Positions 50,944-62,000 of a stretch of 62,000 nucleotides of DNA are shown here, in pieces. A program made the translations under genes and the position numbers. The stretch covers positions 60,036,001 to 60,098,000 of the forward strand of contig OX597826.1 in the NCBI GenBank assembly GCA_951406725.2, in the 5' to 3' direction. The first letter of the stretch is position 1, and each line of letters opens with the position of its first letter. The notes beneath the pieces are model-generated. The model had not been told where the DNA came from, searched no databases, and saw only the letters and a program-made list of their open reading frames with translations. The stretch comes from Octopus vulgaris (Eukaryota).

Positions 50944-52225
50944 CCATGTATAATTTGTTTAATGGACAAATTCATTACTGTCCTCGAACTTGCAGAGTTG
51001 CCTCTGTGTGGCGAATGCCTTTTATCATTTTAATAGTGATTTACAACATAACTTCAGAGCGGGGCATTTTGATTGATGGTACAGGTGAATATGACGCCTC
51101 CAATTATCATTTGATATTTATTTTATTGACCCTGAAATGACGACAAGTAAAATTCCACCTCGGTTGAATTGGATATCTAAACCTTAACAAATTTTAACTA
51201 AGAAGTGAGCGGTTTAACGAGTGAGCTTAAATGTAGAGACTTGGCTCGCAAGAAATAGCAGCTAAATGTTCCTAAATGCACACCATAGAATATTAACGAA
51301 ATACGCATTAGCTGATATAATTCTAGTTGGTCAATATCTGAACATAGCATGGGAACACAACTCTAGTTGTTACAATACCAAAAATCAAACAAACCAGTGT
51401 GAAGTGAATAAACCACCAGTGTGAAGAAACCACTTGATCTTGCGCAGAAGAAATTCGACTGTATATTCTGATTCCTGAGATATATGGGTCTAGTGCAAAA
51501 CATTCTTCATCATTATCGATCGTGGCAACCAGGTAGATATGATCGCTAGAAGATTATTATTATTATGTCATTTTGATTCTTTGTGGGCCAAAAAGAAAGA
51601 CAACTAATAAATATCTACTATATTAAATTCACCTTAGTACTCAATAGCTCTTTGATTCTGAGAACGGAGAAAAGCAAATATTTGAAACCAGTATATAAAG
51701 ACTAACTAAGCACCCCAGGGATCTCTTCGTTTACCTCACAATCGCCATTCCAAACCAATATTATTTTTCATTACAATTATAATTCTTCTTCTTCCTCTCT
51801 CTCTCCCTCTCTTTCTCTTTCTTTCTCTCCCGTTTTGTCTTTCACTCCCACTCGCACACACTTATACGCTAAATCTTAGACATACATATCACACCTGCCC
51901 TCATAGACATTTTATTCCAACATATATATATATATATGATAACGTGAATCTATTTCCTTACATATTCAAAAGTACCACATCTATATATTTGATTTATATG
52001 TTTGACTGTAAATTTACTTGAAGTTATCACAATATTCCACCAATGCTCTGTATTCGATATATCCTGCTGTTCATATTTTACTGATTTATTATCACTTTAA
52101 GCATTATCCAAACAACATTTACTCTAGAAACTACTTCACCATATTTATCATTGAATTGCCTACTTCCCGTTCACCCTGTGTCTGATTGTCTGTCTGTCTG
52201 TCTCACTCTCTCTCACTCTACTCCG

Positions 52226-52261
<36 letters not shown>

Positions 52262-52558
52262 ATATCACACATTCATGCACACGCACACGGTATTGGCGAC
52301 AGAAACTGCATTAGTTCAAAATAGTAGTCTGTAAACCTTCCTTAATGTTGATATACTGCGGAAAGCCACGAGACTATGGTATTCCCAGGTAAGTTCTTTA
52401 TGTTACTGATATGCTTGCCTGAGTTTTAGTAATATACGAGATAAACTATCGAGACGTCTATAGTTATCCTGTGACTTTATGAAATATATTCAGATACAGT
52501 AATATATACAGAAGGATATATATGCCTGGAGTGAATGGGAAAGAGAAGGAGAGGATGG

Positions 52559-52598
<40 letters not shown>

Positions 52599-52603
52599 CT
52601 AGC

Positions 52604-52639
<36 letters not shown>

Positions 52640-52641
<2 letters not shown>

Positions 52642-53330
52642 CAAAAAAAGGAACAAGAACGTAACAGGCGACAACAAAACATCGGAACAGTTAGACAATA
52701 CAAAGAACGACAGGTCATTTGGAGCTTTCTTTCGTCAGTCGAGTACCAGATCGTCATTGCAGTTTCAGCCGGTTATTCTCGAGACTGCTCCAATCTGTCC
52801 GGCCCCAAGAAAATCTAAGCTAAGGGCACTAGATTCTTTGGAAGAAAGCAAGTGAATGCATAAGAAAACAAGGAAGAAGAATAACGGAGAAATGGTACGC
52901 AATTACAAATACAAATAACAGGACATTAATAACAGGCGTCTTTCGACTAAGGACGAATTAACTTAAGCTGGCGTGTGTGAAAGTGAAGCCTTACGACAGG
53001 AAAATAAGAGACGAAAGTTAAGGGAAGGATTATAAGAGATGATACACGGATGGTAGCAAAACCAAAAAAGAAAAGTCAGGCTTGGCGGAACTCCGATTAC
53101 GTGGAAGAAGAGGAGAAAGTTAGGGGCAGAGGGAGTCAGGAATTAGCGGGGGGACGAGAAAGAGTGAAAAGAAAGGAAAGGGAAAGAATGAGGTAAAGGT
53201 GGAGGAAAAGTGATGAGAATGAAGGGAAGGCCAAGAAATGTGAGAGAGGGGGAGCGAGAAAAAGAAAAGTGGAAAGAACGAAGTAAGTGTGAAGGGAGCT
53301 AAACGAAAGGGTAAAAGAATCGAATATTCT
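52640..53330 (-). mobile_element. Penelope-like 3' end / pLTR with a degenerate hammerhead-like motif
   Basis: Reverse complement contains ctgacgaagaaagctccaaatgacctgtc (about 52708-52737) and a pyrimidine-rich upstream region; ORF-end-like HKNIRFFYPFV*. Confidence 0.5.
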
Positions 53331-53339
53331 TATGTTCCT

Positions 53340-53643
53340 TTCTTCCTGTACGTGTTTCAGTCAATAGACTGCGTCCATGTTGGAATACCGCCTTGAATTT
53401 TAGTGAACTGAATCGACCCCAAGTAATTTTCAATTTTTAAGGCTAGTACATATTCTATCGGTCTCTCTTGACGAACGGTTAAGTTACGGTCGTCGTAAAA
53501 ACACTAGCACCAGTTGACAAGCGGTGGTGAAGGAGAAACACCCACCATATATATATGTATATATGTGTGTGTGTGTGTGTGTGTGTGCATGTATATATGT
53601 ATATATATATGTATATACATATATATACATATATATTTATGTG

Positions 53644-53727
<84 letters not shown>

Positions 53728-54090
53728 GAGAGAGTGTGTGTGTGTGTGTCTTTCTATCTGTGTGACAAAGAGAGAAAATGTGAGAGGGAGATGTATGTAT
53801 GATTGTTTGTCAGCCCCATGGTTCCGGGTTCAGTCTCAATACACACACACACACACACATATGCATAGGTGTCTATGTTTCTGCTTGTCCCCTACCATCG
53901 CTTGACAACCGGTGTTGCTGTATTTACATCCCCGTAACTTAGCGTGACAAACCAGCACCTGCTATAAATTGGTTGAGGGAGAAACACAGAAGCACATGCA
54001 ACAGCCATACAGAAATATTGGATTTGTACAAGACCTCTGGCTATTAACATCATTCATATGGCATTGGCCCGACCGGGGTTATTATACAAA
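53340..54090. mobile_element. Cluster of SINE family 2 fragments in alternating orientation (53340-53570 -, 53810-53943 +, 53944-54090 -)
   Basis: gtttcagtcaatagactgcg.. (-); atggttccgggttcagtc and catcgcttgacaaccgg..gtaacttagcg (+); gacaaaccagcac..ggcccgaccgggg (-). Confidence 0.7.
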
Positions 54091-54375
54091 GCTCTTGCCG
54101 AAAGTGTGAGGAAAGGAGAAACGAAATGGCTTGAAAGTGATCGTTTTGAACATTGAAGCAGCGCTCAGATACTTTTGTATTTACTTATATAATATGTTCA
54201 GAGAATTCTACATACGCCACTTACAATATTTGTCTATGATTAGAAAAAGTAACTTAACAAAATCTTTATATATCTAAACGTGTATATCTATTAATATATA
54301 TCACTCGATCTTATACACTCTTTACGCTCTTTCTCTCTCTCACTTTTTACACACGCACACAGACACGGAAATCTG

Positions 54376-54471
<96 letters not shown>

Positions 54472-54481
54472 TGCAAATAAG

Positions 54482-54535
<54 letters not shown>

Positions 54536-54681
54536 CATATATATACTGAGAGAGAGATAGAGAGAAATGGGAATAGTTAAATACATGGATAAATAGACTT
54601 GTATATACATACATATATATATATATATACATACATATGTGTGTGTATATGTGTGTATATATAATGTACATATATATAAAC

Positions 54682-54733
<52 letters not shown>

Positions 54734-55189
54734 AGAGAGAGAGAGACGGACACACTGACAGACAGCACATACAGACAGACACAGTACACGAAAGCTATGT
54801 CCAATATTTCATAATGGTACCTTCTTCCTGGATCTGTGACGTACACAAGAAGTGTGATTTAAGTTACATATTTATATGTACGATTTCATAAGTATATTTC
54901 CTGATTCGATGTGCAAGATCAGAGACATCTAAAAGCTTTCTTCCAAACGATACTGCGATAGATTTGCTCTGTCTCTCTGTTTCCTCAGTTTTACCTCTAG
55001 GTATTTTCCTTCAGAATGCTACTGTATTACACGTTTACATCTAAAAGAAACTTTCTGTACATTTCAAACTATTTTGTATGTATATGAGACATTATCTATC
55101 TTCAAACTCTTTCTCTCTCTCTTTCAACCATCTTCATCCGATTCTCACACGTGTATGTATATATTTATATATATGTATCTAAGTGTAAA

Positions 55190-55271
<82 letters not shown>

Positions 55272-55569
55272 TCACGATCTCTTCTGAATTTATCTAAATA
55301 ATAGTATACCAACGTAATTTCGACTTTAAAAATACCTTCTAAGTATTCAAGTAACTGAATCGAATTACGCGTATAACAAATATTAAGATTCACTCTTGTT
55401 AATAGATACATATTCGTACCTGTATGTAATTCCAAAATGCATGTTGCAAGTGTTGCAATAAAATTTGCTTCGTGGGTGCAAAACCAGGTCCAGAGTTTCT
55501 TACAAACACGGACGAATTTTTTTCCCGATTTAATATCGAAACAAACACAAGCACAATAGTAATAATTAT

Positions 55570-56215
55570 TTAGTTTCGAATTTTGGTACAAGGCGAGTAA
55601 TTTCGGAGAAGGGGATAAGTCGATTACATCAACGCCAATATTCAACCGATGCGTATCTCACCGGCCTCGAATGGGACGAAAAAGTCGAAATTGGCGGAAT
55701 TTGAACTTAGAGCAAGTAGACACACGAAATGCCTCCTAGCATTGTGTCCGACATGCTAACAATTCTGGTTACTCACCGCCTTCACAAAAATAATAATCCT
55801 TCCTACTATAGGTACAAGGCGTGGAATTTATGGGAACGGGGAGAGTCAATTACATCGACCTCAAAAGGAGAAATGCAAAGACGAACTCGGTGGAATTGAA
55901 CTGAAAAAGGAACAGGCAGACGAAATGCCGCGAAACATTTTTCCCGGTGTACTAACCATTCTGCCAGTCAGCCGCCAAAAATATTAATAACTCTCTCTAC
56001 TAAAGGAACAAATCATGAAATTTTGAGGGAGGGGACTATTCCATTTCATCGACCCCAGTTTTTCCACTGGCATTTAACTTACCAACCCGAAATGCAAAGT
56101 CGACTTCTGCGGAATTTGAACTCCGGATGTAAAGTTTGACAACACATCAAAGATACATGGAATGCCTCTAATTACCTTGCCCGGTGAGGTAACCATTCGG
56201 CCAGCTAGCCGCCAA
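55570..56215 (-). mobile_element. Three tandem SINE family 1 copies
   Basis: Each has ggcggaatttgaac-like B-box complement and ends c.gcc...gccgcc on +. Confidence 0.8.
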
Positions 56216-56695
56216 ACATAATAATAATAATATATGTACCTCAACCAAACCGATTGACCCAATAAGGAAAAAATAATCTTTCAATTCAGGCAAAAATGTT
56301 TCTGCCTTCGTTCGTGTTGGCGATGAATTTTTTACCCTGCATCCATTGTTTCCGAGCCAAGACCAATGAAGTACCTGCTTAAAGTTAAATTATGTAAAAA
56401 TATTTTGCAAGAATGACGGCTGTGTAATATATGTTTAGAGTAATAAATACGTAATATCTTTTTTGTTCCTCTTTCTTTCGCATGTTTCTTATTCTGGATC
56501 CCTTTCTTGGAAAAGATATTGGTTTATTTTTTGAGAGCCACGCTATCAGAAAATAGCATGCATTGGCTTTAGTTGATTACTTGTTTGGTAATTAGGTGTT
56601 GTTATATAAATTAAACATTGCTATTTAACAACACAAAAAATTAAGTGGAACTAGAGAACGTGTGAGGAAATCATTTCCGTGTATATGTACGTATG

Positions 56696-56763
<68 letters not shown>

Positions 56764-57062
56764 GACATACGTATGTGTGTATGTGCGCGTGAATGCATTT
56801 TATATATGTATGCATGTTTGAGTACACAGACACACACGCATACGCACATATACACACACATTTAAACGTGACGCATACATATATATCTCTATTACGTTTG
56901 AGGCTGTGGAGCGCATATATATACACACACACACACACACAGACGCATACACACACATATATATATATATATGCATATAAATACATATACATTCACATTC
57001 AAACACGTATAGATGTATGTATGGTTTAATAATTTAAATATATGTATATGCATATATATTTT

Positions 57063-57095
<33 letters not shown>

Positions 57096-57254
57096 GTCGT
57101 TGTCTATCTATCTCCCCTCCCTCTCTATATATGTATATATAGATATGATATATATATATATATATATACTAATAAACACACACACATGCACGCACACACA
57201 CACGCACACACACACATATATATATATACATACATACATACATACATACATACA

Positions 57255-57287
<33 letters not shown>

Positions 57288-57375
57288 TTATATATGTAGC
57301 TTTGTCTGAAAAATTAACTTGCTGTAGTCTATTTATTTTAATCCTTAACTTTCTGCAATAATTTCAACAAAATAA

Positions 57376-57630
57376 TCAATATTTTATCCTACCGTTGCTC
57401 ACGGCTTCTCGCCAACGTACTATTAGGTTCTCAATGCCTTGGTGTCAGAAATAACAGTTTTGACTGTAAGAATCATAAACTACATGTTCCGCTCCTCGTC
57501 GTTGTTGAACAAAAGGCCAAGCAGCCTGCTTTCGAGCGACAGAAAATGGTCATAATCTTCCCATACCAGGAGGATACGGTATCTCATACAAAATTTCTAA
57601 ATCGAGATCTTGAATAGCATTTTTGTTCAA
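57376..57630 (-). mobile_element. mariner transposase C-terminal fragment
   Basis: NAIQDLDLEILYEIPYPP; DYDHFLSLESRL..FNNDEE; HQGIENLIVRWREAV, matching mariner WEVLPHPPYSPDLAPSDYHLF..FNN.EE..GIE.L..RW. Confidence 0.8.
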
Positions 57631-58119
57631 AAGATTCTTCGGTTTAAGCGAGATTTATATATTTAAGAAATTTACTGAAATCCAAGCCAGAATTGAACCC
57701 ACATATCAACGTTTGCATGGCTACATGCGCATCCGATTGCGCTGAACATCCAATTGTGCTAAATGCATCCGATTTCGCTAAGCATTAACTGCAGCTAAAT
57801 TTATATATATGATTTAAACTGTCTATTATTGTTGTTATTATTATTATTGTTATTGTTATTGTACTAATAAATTTCCACATATGCTTTCTCTCCGTAACTT
57901 AAAGCCTTCTCTTTCTTTTTTTAAGAATATTTTATGTAGTAATTAGGCAGTTCAAATATATATACGTAAAACTTGCCTGAATTTGATAGGTGAGAACTTG
58001 GCCCAATCGAATGCACATGCAGCTGTGTAAGTGTTGATATGTGGGTTCGATTCTGGCAAGTGTTAGCGCATCATTTTTCAGTCAATTTGTTTATATATAT
58101 ATATATCGGAGAATAGAAT

Positions 58120-59025
58120 GCCTAACGAAAGTGGAATGCCTAAAGAAAGGAGTGATTGACTGGTTAGTGAGGCCCATTAGTGCTTGTTATATGGCTGGAA
58201 GTGTATCTAAGGACTGGTGAGGTAACTGTATAGTGCCACTGTACAAGGGAAAATGGGATAAATGTGAGTGTGGACATTTTAGGAGTATGTTTGGTAAACT
58301 GTATTGTATAATTCTGATTGTAAGGGTGAGGATCCAGAAATAGAGCGTGCTAGGAAAGGAGCAGTGCGGTTTTAGGAGTGGAAGGGTGTGTACAGATCAA
58401 ATCTTTGTAGCAAAGCAGATGTGTGAGAAGTATTTGGAAAAAGAGAGGGATGTGTATTGGGCCTTTATGGATTTAGAGAAAGCATATAGGGATGCAGTGT
58501 GGCAGGTGTTGCGGTTTTATGAAGTAGATGGCAGATCATTGAGAGCTGTTTAGAGTTTCTATAGAGAAATTAGGGCGTACGTTAGGGTGGGTGGTGAAGT
58601 GAGTGGTTTGATGTGAAGGTGGGGTTAAGGCAGGGTTTTGTAATGGTCTCCGTGGCTGTATCTGTTAAATTTATATAAGGATGGTGTGGTCTAGAGAGGT
58701 GAATGCTAGAACCTTTGGTAGGAGAGACCAAATGGTGGGAGAAAATGGAGAGAAATGGCAGGTGAGTCAGTTGTTCTTGCTGAAGATACAGCACTGGTGG
58801 TGGATTTAGAAGAGCAACTGAGGAGACTGATGATAGAGTTTGGAAGAGTGTGTGACAGGTGGAAACTGAAGGTGAATATAGCTAACAGTATGTTGATGAG
58901 ATGTTCGAGAGATGGAATGTCTGATAGGATGAGTGTGAGTATAAATGGTGTGATGTTAGAGGAGGTGAATGTTTTTTTAGTATCTGGGATCACATGTGAT
59001 AGTGGATGGAGGATGGGGAATTAAC
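58120..59025 (+). mobile_element. RTE-clade LINE reverse-transcriptase fragment (pseudogenised)
   Basis: DW..NCIVPLYKGK; EQCGFRSGRVCTDQIFVAKQMCEKYLEK..AFMDLEKAY; VGLRQG; LAEDTA (FADD-like); EFGRVCDRWKLKVNIANS..LEEVNVF, with frameshifts. Confidence 0.93.
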
Positions 59026-59932
59026 GGAAAAGGCGACTAAAATAGATTGAGGTAAGATTTTCATTCCAGCCTCGTAAACAGATCCATGGAGTGGAGGGTT
59101 GTCACCTGAGTCGTGCAAAGGTGTAATGTACCATGGGAATCAGCAACATATGGTGGATGCAACGATGCGCTGTTACAACGCATGCCCCCATTCGACTACT
59201 ACAACTGTTTCAATTACGGTTTTCTGTTTTACACACACAGACATATGTGTATATGCCAATATATTTACGCATGCACGTATTTGCAAATGTATTCGTGCAA
59301 ATATCCTTCTGATTCGCAATCATCAGGTGCTCAATACTTTTTATACTAAGTTCGCTTTTACTTATCAATAGATTCAGCGAGCTAGAGTTTCTAACGTGAA
59401 CTGAGAAATAATGGACGAGTGACATCAAAAAATACCCAAGCAAAGAAACCTAACATATGCCTAGAGTTTCGTCTATTGGATATAATTGATCGGTGTAAAA
59501 TATGCCACGATGGAGACGTCTCGGAATTTGATGCCGAGTGCGAACATCGGACCAGACACTTTTTCTCCATACTCTATTCTGCGATGATTTTGAATTTCTG
59601 TGCGATTTTAGAAAAGTTTGCTGAAGATAAACAAGTAAAGTTGCATTTTTGTGTATCTGTAGAAATATTTAACTGTACGTATGTATGTATGGAATTGTTT
59701 ATGACAAATGACTGCTGTTGCTTTGCTTCTTGCTTAACATTTCTTCTTCTTACATACGTAAACATGCTAACGCACACGCTAATGTATATATTTTAGTATG
59801 TGAGAGGAAGCGAGTACCGATCTTAATTTTCCTCACGTTGTTTCTCTCTCTCTCTTTTCTCCCTCCCATCCCCCCCTCTCTCTCTCTCTGAATATATATA
59901 TATGTATATATATATGTATATATGTATATATG

Positions 59933-59992
<60 letters not shown>

Positions 59993-60067
59993 CACACATA
60001 TATACATATAGGTACATTCTCATAGATGTACATAGATGACTGCTTGTGAGTGTGTAAGCATACATTT

Positions 60068-60119
<52 letters not shown>

Positions 60120-60332
60120 TATATTATATATACATACATAAGTATATTTATGCATGTACATTCACAAATACGCAAATATCCATACACTCACATATATATC
60201 TATATATATCATATGCATATATCTGGGAGATGGTAAAGTTGATGTCAATGTCTTTCATAATTAAGTACTTTTTAAAATATTTCATTTTTATATCAATACG
60301 GTAACTTGTTTTAACATCAACATAGTTATCTA

Positions 60333-60372
<40 letters not shown>

Positions 60373-61192
60373 ATGAATTTGATTTTCCCTCCCTTTTGTT
60401 TTTCTTTCTTTTGTATTCTTTTTTTTTTTTCATGAATACTCATCGCTTTTGAAATGGCGCCTTGAAATGCTTCGAATGGCGGGTGTCAAATATTGTTTTG
60501 TCATTCTTGAATTTGTGTGCTATTAGACAAGTTATGTTGTCGCCACTTGACTACGAAAATACATTAAAATACGTTTAGAAAATTTCCTTCGTATAGAAAC
60601 CGGCTATAATGATCAGTTTATGATTTTTTTTTTTTTTTAAGACAAAGTTTATAAAGAATGCAAAAAATATATAATTGCGTGTCCTAAATATGAGCCGCTG
60701 TTGTCAATGCTTATTTAAGGATTTAATATGAACTTGGTGCATATATATTTTATTTTCAACTGAAATACTACACATTTCACAACAGGTCTTTTGACACTAT
60801 TTTCCTCCCAGTAAAACTTGCCCATTTCTTCATTTCCTCTGTCACTATGACATCATCTCTGACTCTTGCCTACTCTGTTTGAATACACACACACACACAC
60901 ACACATACACACACACATATGTGTGATCATATGCCATTACATTCAAACGCACACATATATACATATACGTATATGTATGTGTATATATGTGTGTATGGAT
61001 ATGTATGTATGTATAAAGATATGTATGTATCTATGAATATATTTTTCTACATATATATAAATATAAATATATATGATAAATGGCGGTGATCCAGCATGGC
61101 CACAGCGCGTGAGCTGAAACTAGATAAAATACAAATTTAAAAAATATAGATATGTATATATATATATGTATGCGTATACATATACATACATA

Positions 61193-61290
<98 letters not shown>

Positions 61291-61479
61291 TATAAATACA
61301 GGCAATAGGTTAGTGTTAGATATGCTCAGTATAGAAAACACGTAATCAGATGAATTTGAACTACGACCTCAGCTTCAAGAGTGACTTTAAGAGAAATTCA
61401 AAAATGACTAGATACTGAGTTAATAAGGCAGATAAATACATTTATGTTTCATACGTATCAATGTTACCATGGTATTATC

Positions 61480-62000
61480 TACTGAACAGACTTGATGTTA
61501 TAGCTAGATCACTGTATAACGAGATCTGTGGAAAGGATAACCCTAAGGAGAAATAAATAAGAACTCACAGGATAGTGGAAACCATAGCCACTCATAGCTA
61601 CGCTGGGCAATTGATGAATCTGCAGTTACTCTATCCAGACTACCTAATTATTGAGGTGATTGGATATGTAACACAGTGCCTAAATGCCAATCTTGAGAAA
61701 TTAGGTTTCTCAAAACCAGAAAGGAGGAAGCTGATTCGAAGAGTACAAATCCAATCCATCACTGGAACTGTAAAAGATCTGTAAATTTTCCAGAAGTTTA
61801 TCATTAAATATTTATGAGCATGTCTTGATATGCAACTCTGTGCATGAGAAGACACATCAAACAAAACAAATAAATCTGCACGTATACTTACATACTTATA
61901 AAAATACACTGTTGTTGATGCTAAAATTCCACTGAAGTAGCATTTGATCTAGGCTAGAAACCGACTCTTTCTCTATTGGCAAGTAATCTTGAAATAAAAC
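61480..62000 (+). mobile_element. R4/Dong-like (restriction-like endonuclease) non-LTR element, C-terminus and 3' UTR, internally deleted
   Basis: ARSLYNEICGKDNPKEK; NLQLLYPDY..IGYVTQCLNANLEKLGFSKPERRKLIRRVQIQSITGTVK; 3' end shared with 38455-38550. Confidence 0.75.

Noticed and set aside
57729-57800. Four degenerate 18-19-bp units (gcatccgattgcgctaaat-like)
   Set aside because: Short decayed minisatellite without spacers; not CRISPR-like
59419-59796. ORF with CKICHDGD resembling a RINGv start
   Set aside because: The remaining Cys/His ligands are not in RING spacing and the start is not ATG

Overview
AT-rich eukaryotic genomic DNA packed with microsatellites and transposable-element debris. 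The tRNA-headed SINE families resemble those I recall from octopus, so this is most likely an Octopus intron or intergenic segment (inferred, not database-checked). No intact protein-coding gene, rRNA, genuine tRNA or CRISPR array can be supported, and nearly all ORFs in the track are microsatellite artefacts. Supported content: about 40 SINE copies in four tRNA-headed families (some with swapped tails); decayed Tigger/pogo, Tc1 and mariner transposase fragments; RTE, CR1-group and R4/Dong-like LINE fragments; and several Penelope-like (PLE) terminal-repeat fragments. Most interesting observations: minimal hammerhead-ribozyme motifs in the PLE fragments (one with an intact catalytic core at 27098-27132), two PLE fold-back inversions that stop at the same homologous position, a three-SINE chimera inside a single target-site duplication, a candidate donor for a SINE tail within the window, nested inverted repeats that could be ADAR substrates, a 161-bp duplication, and an RTE that may have been horizontally acquired. 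All coordinates were read by eye; ends of decayed elements are approximate.
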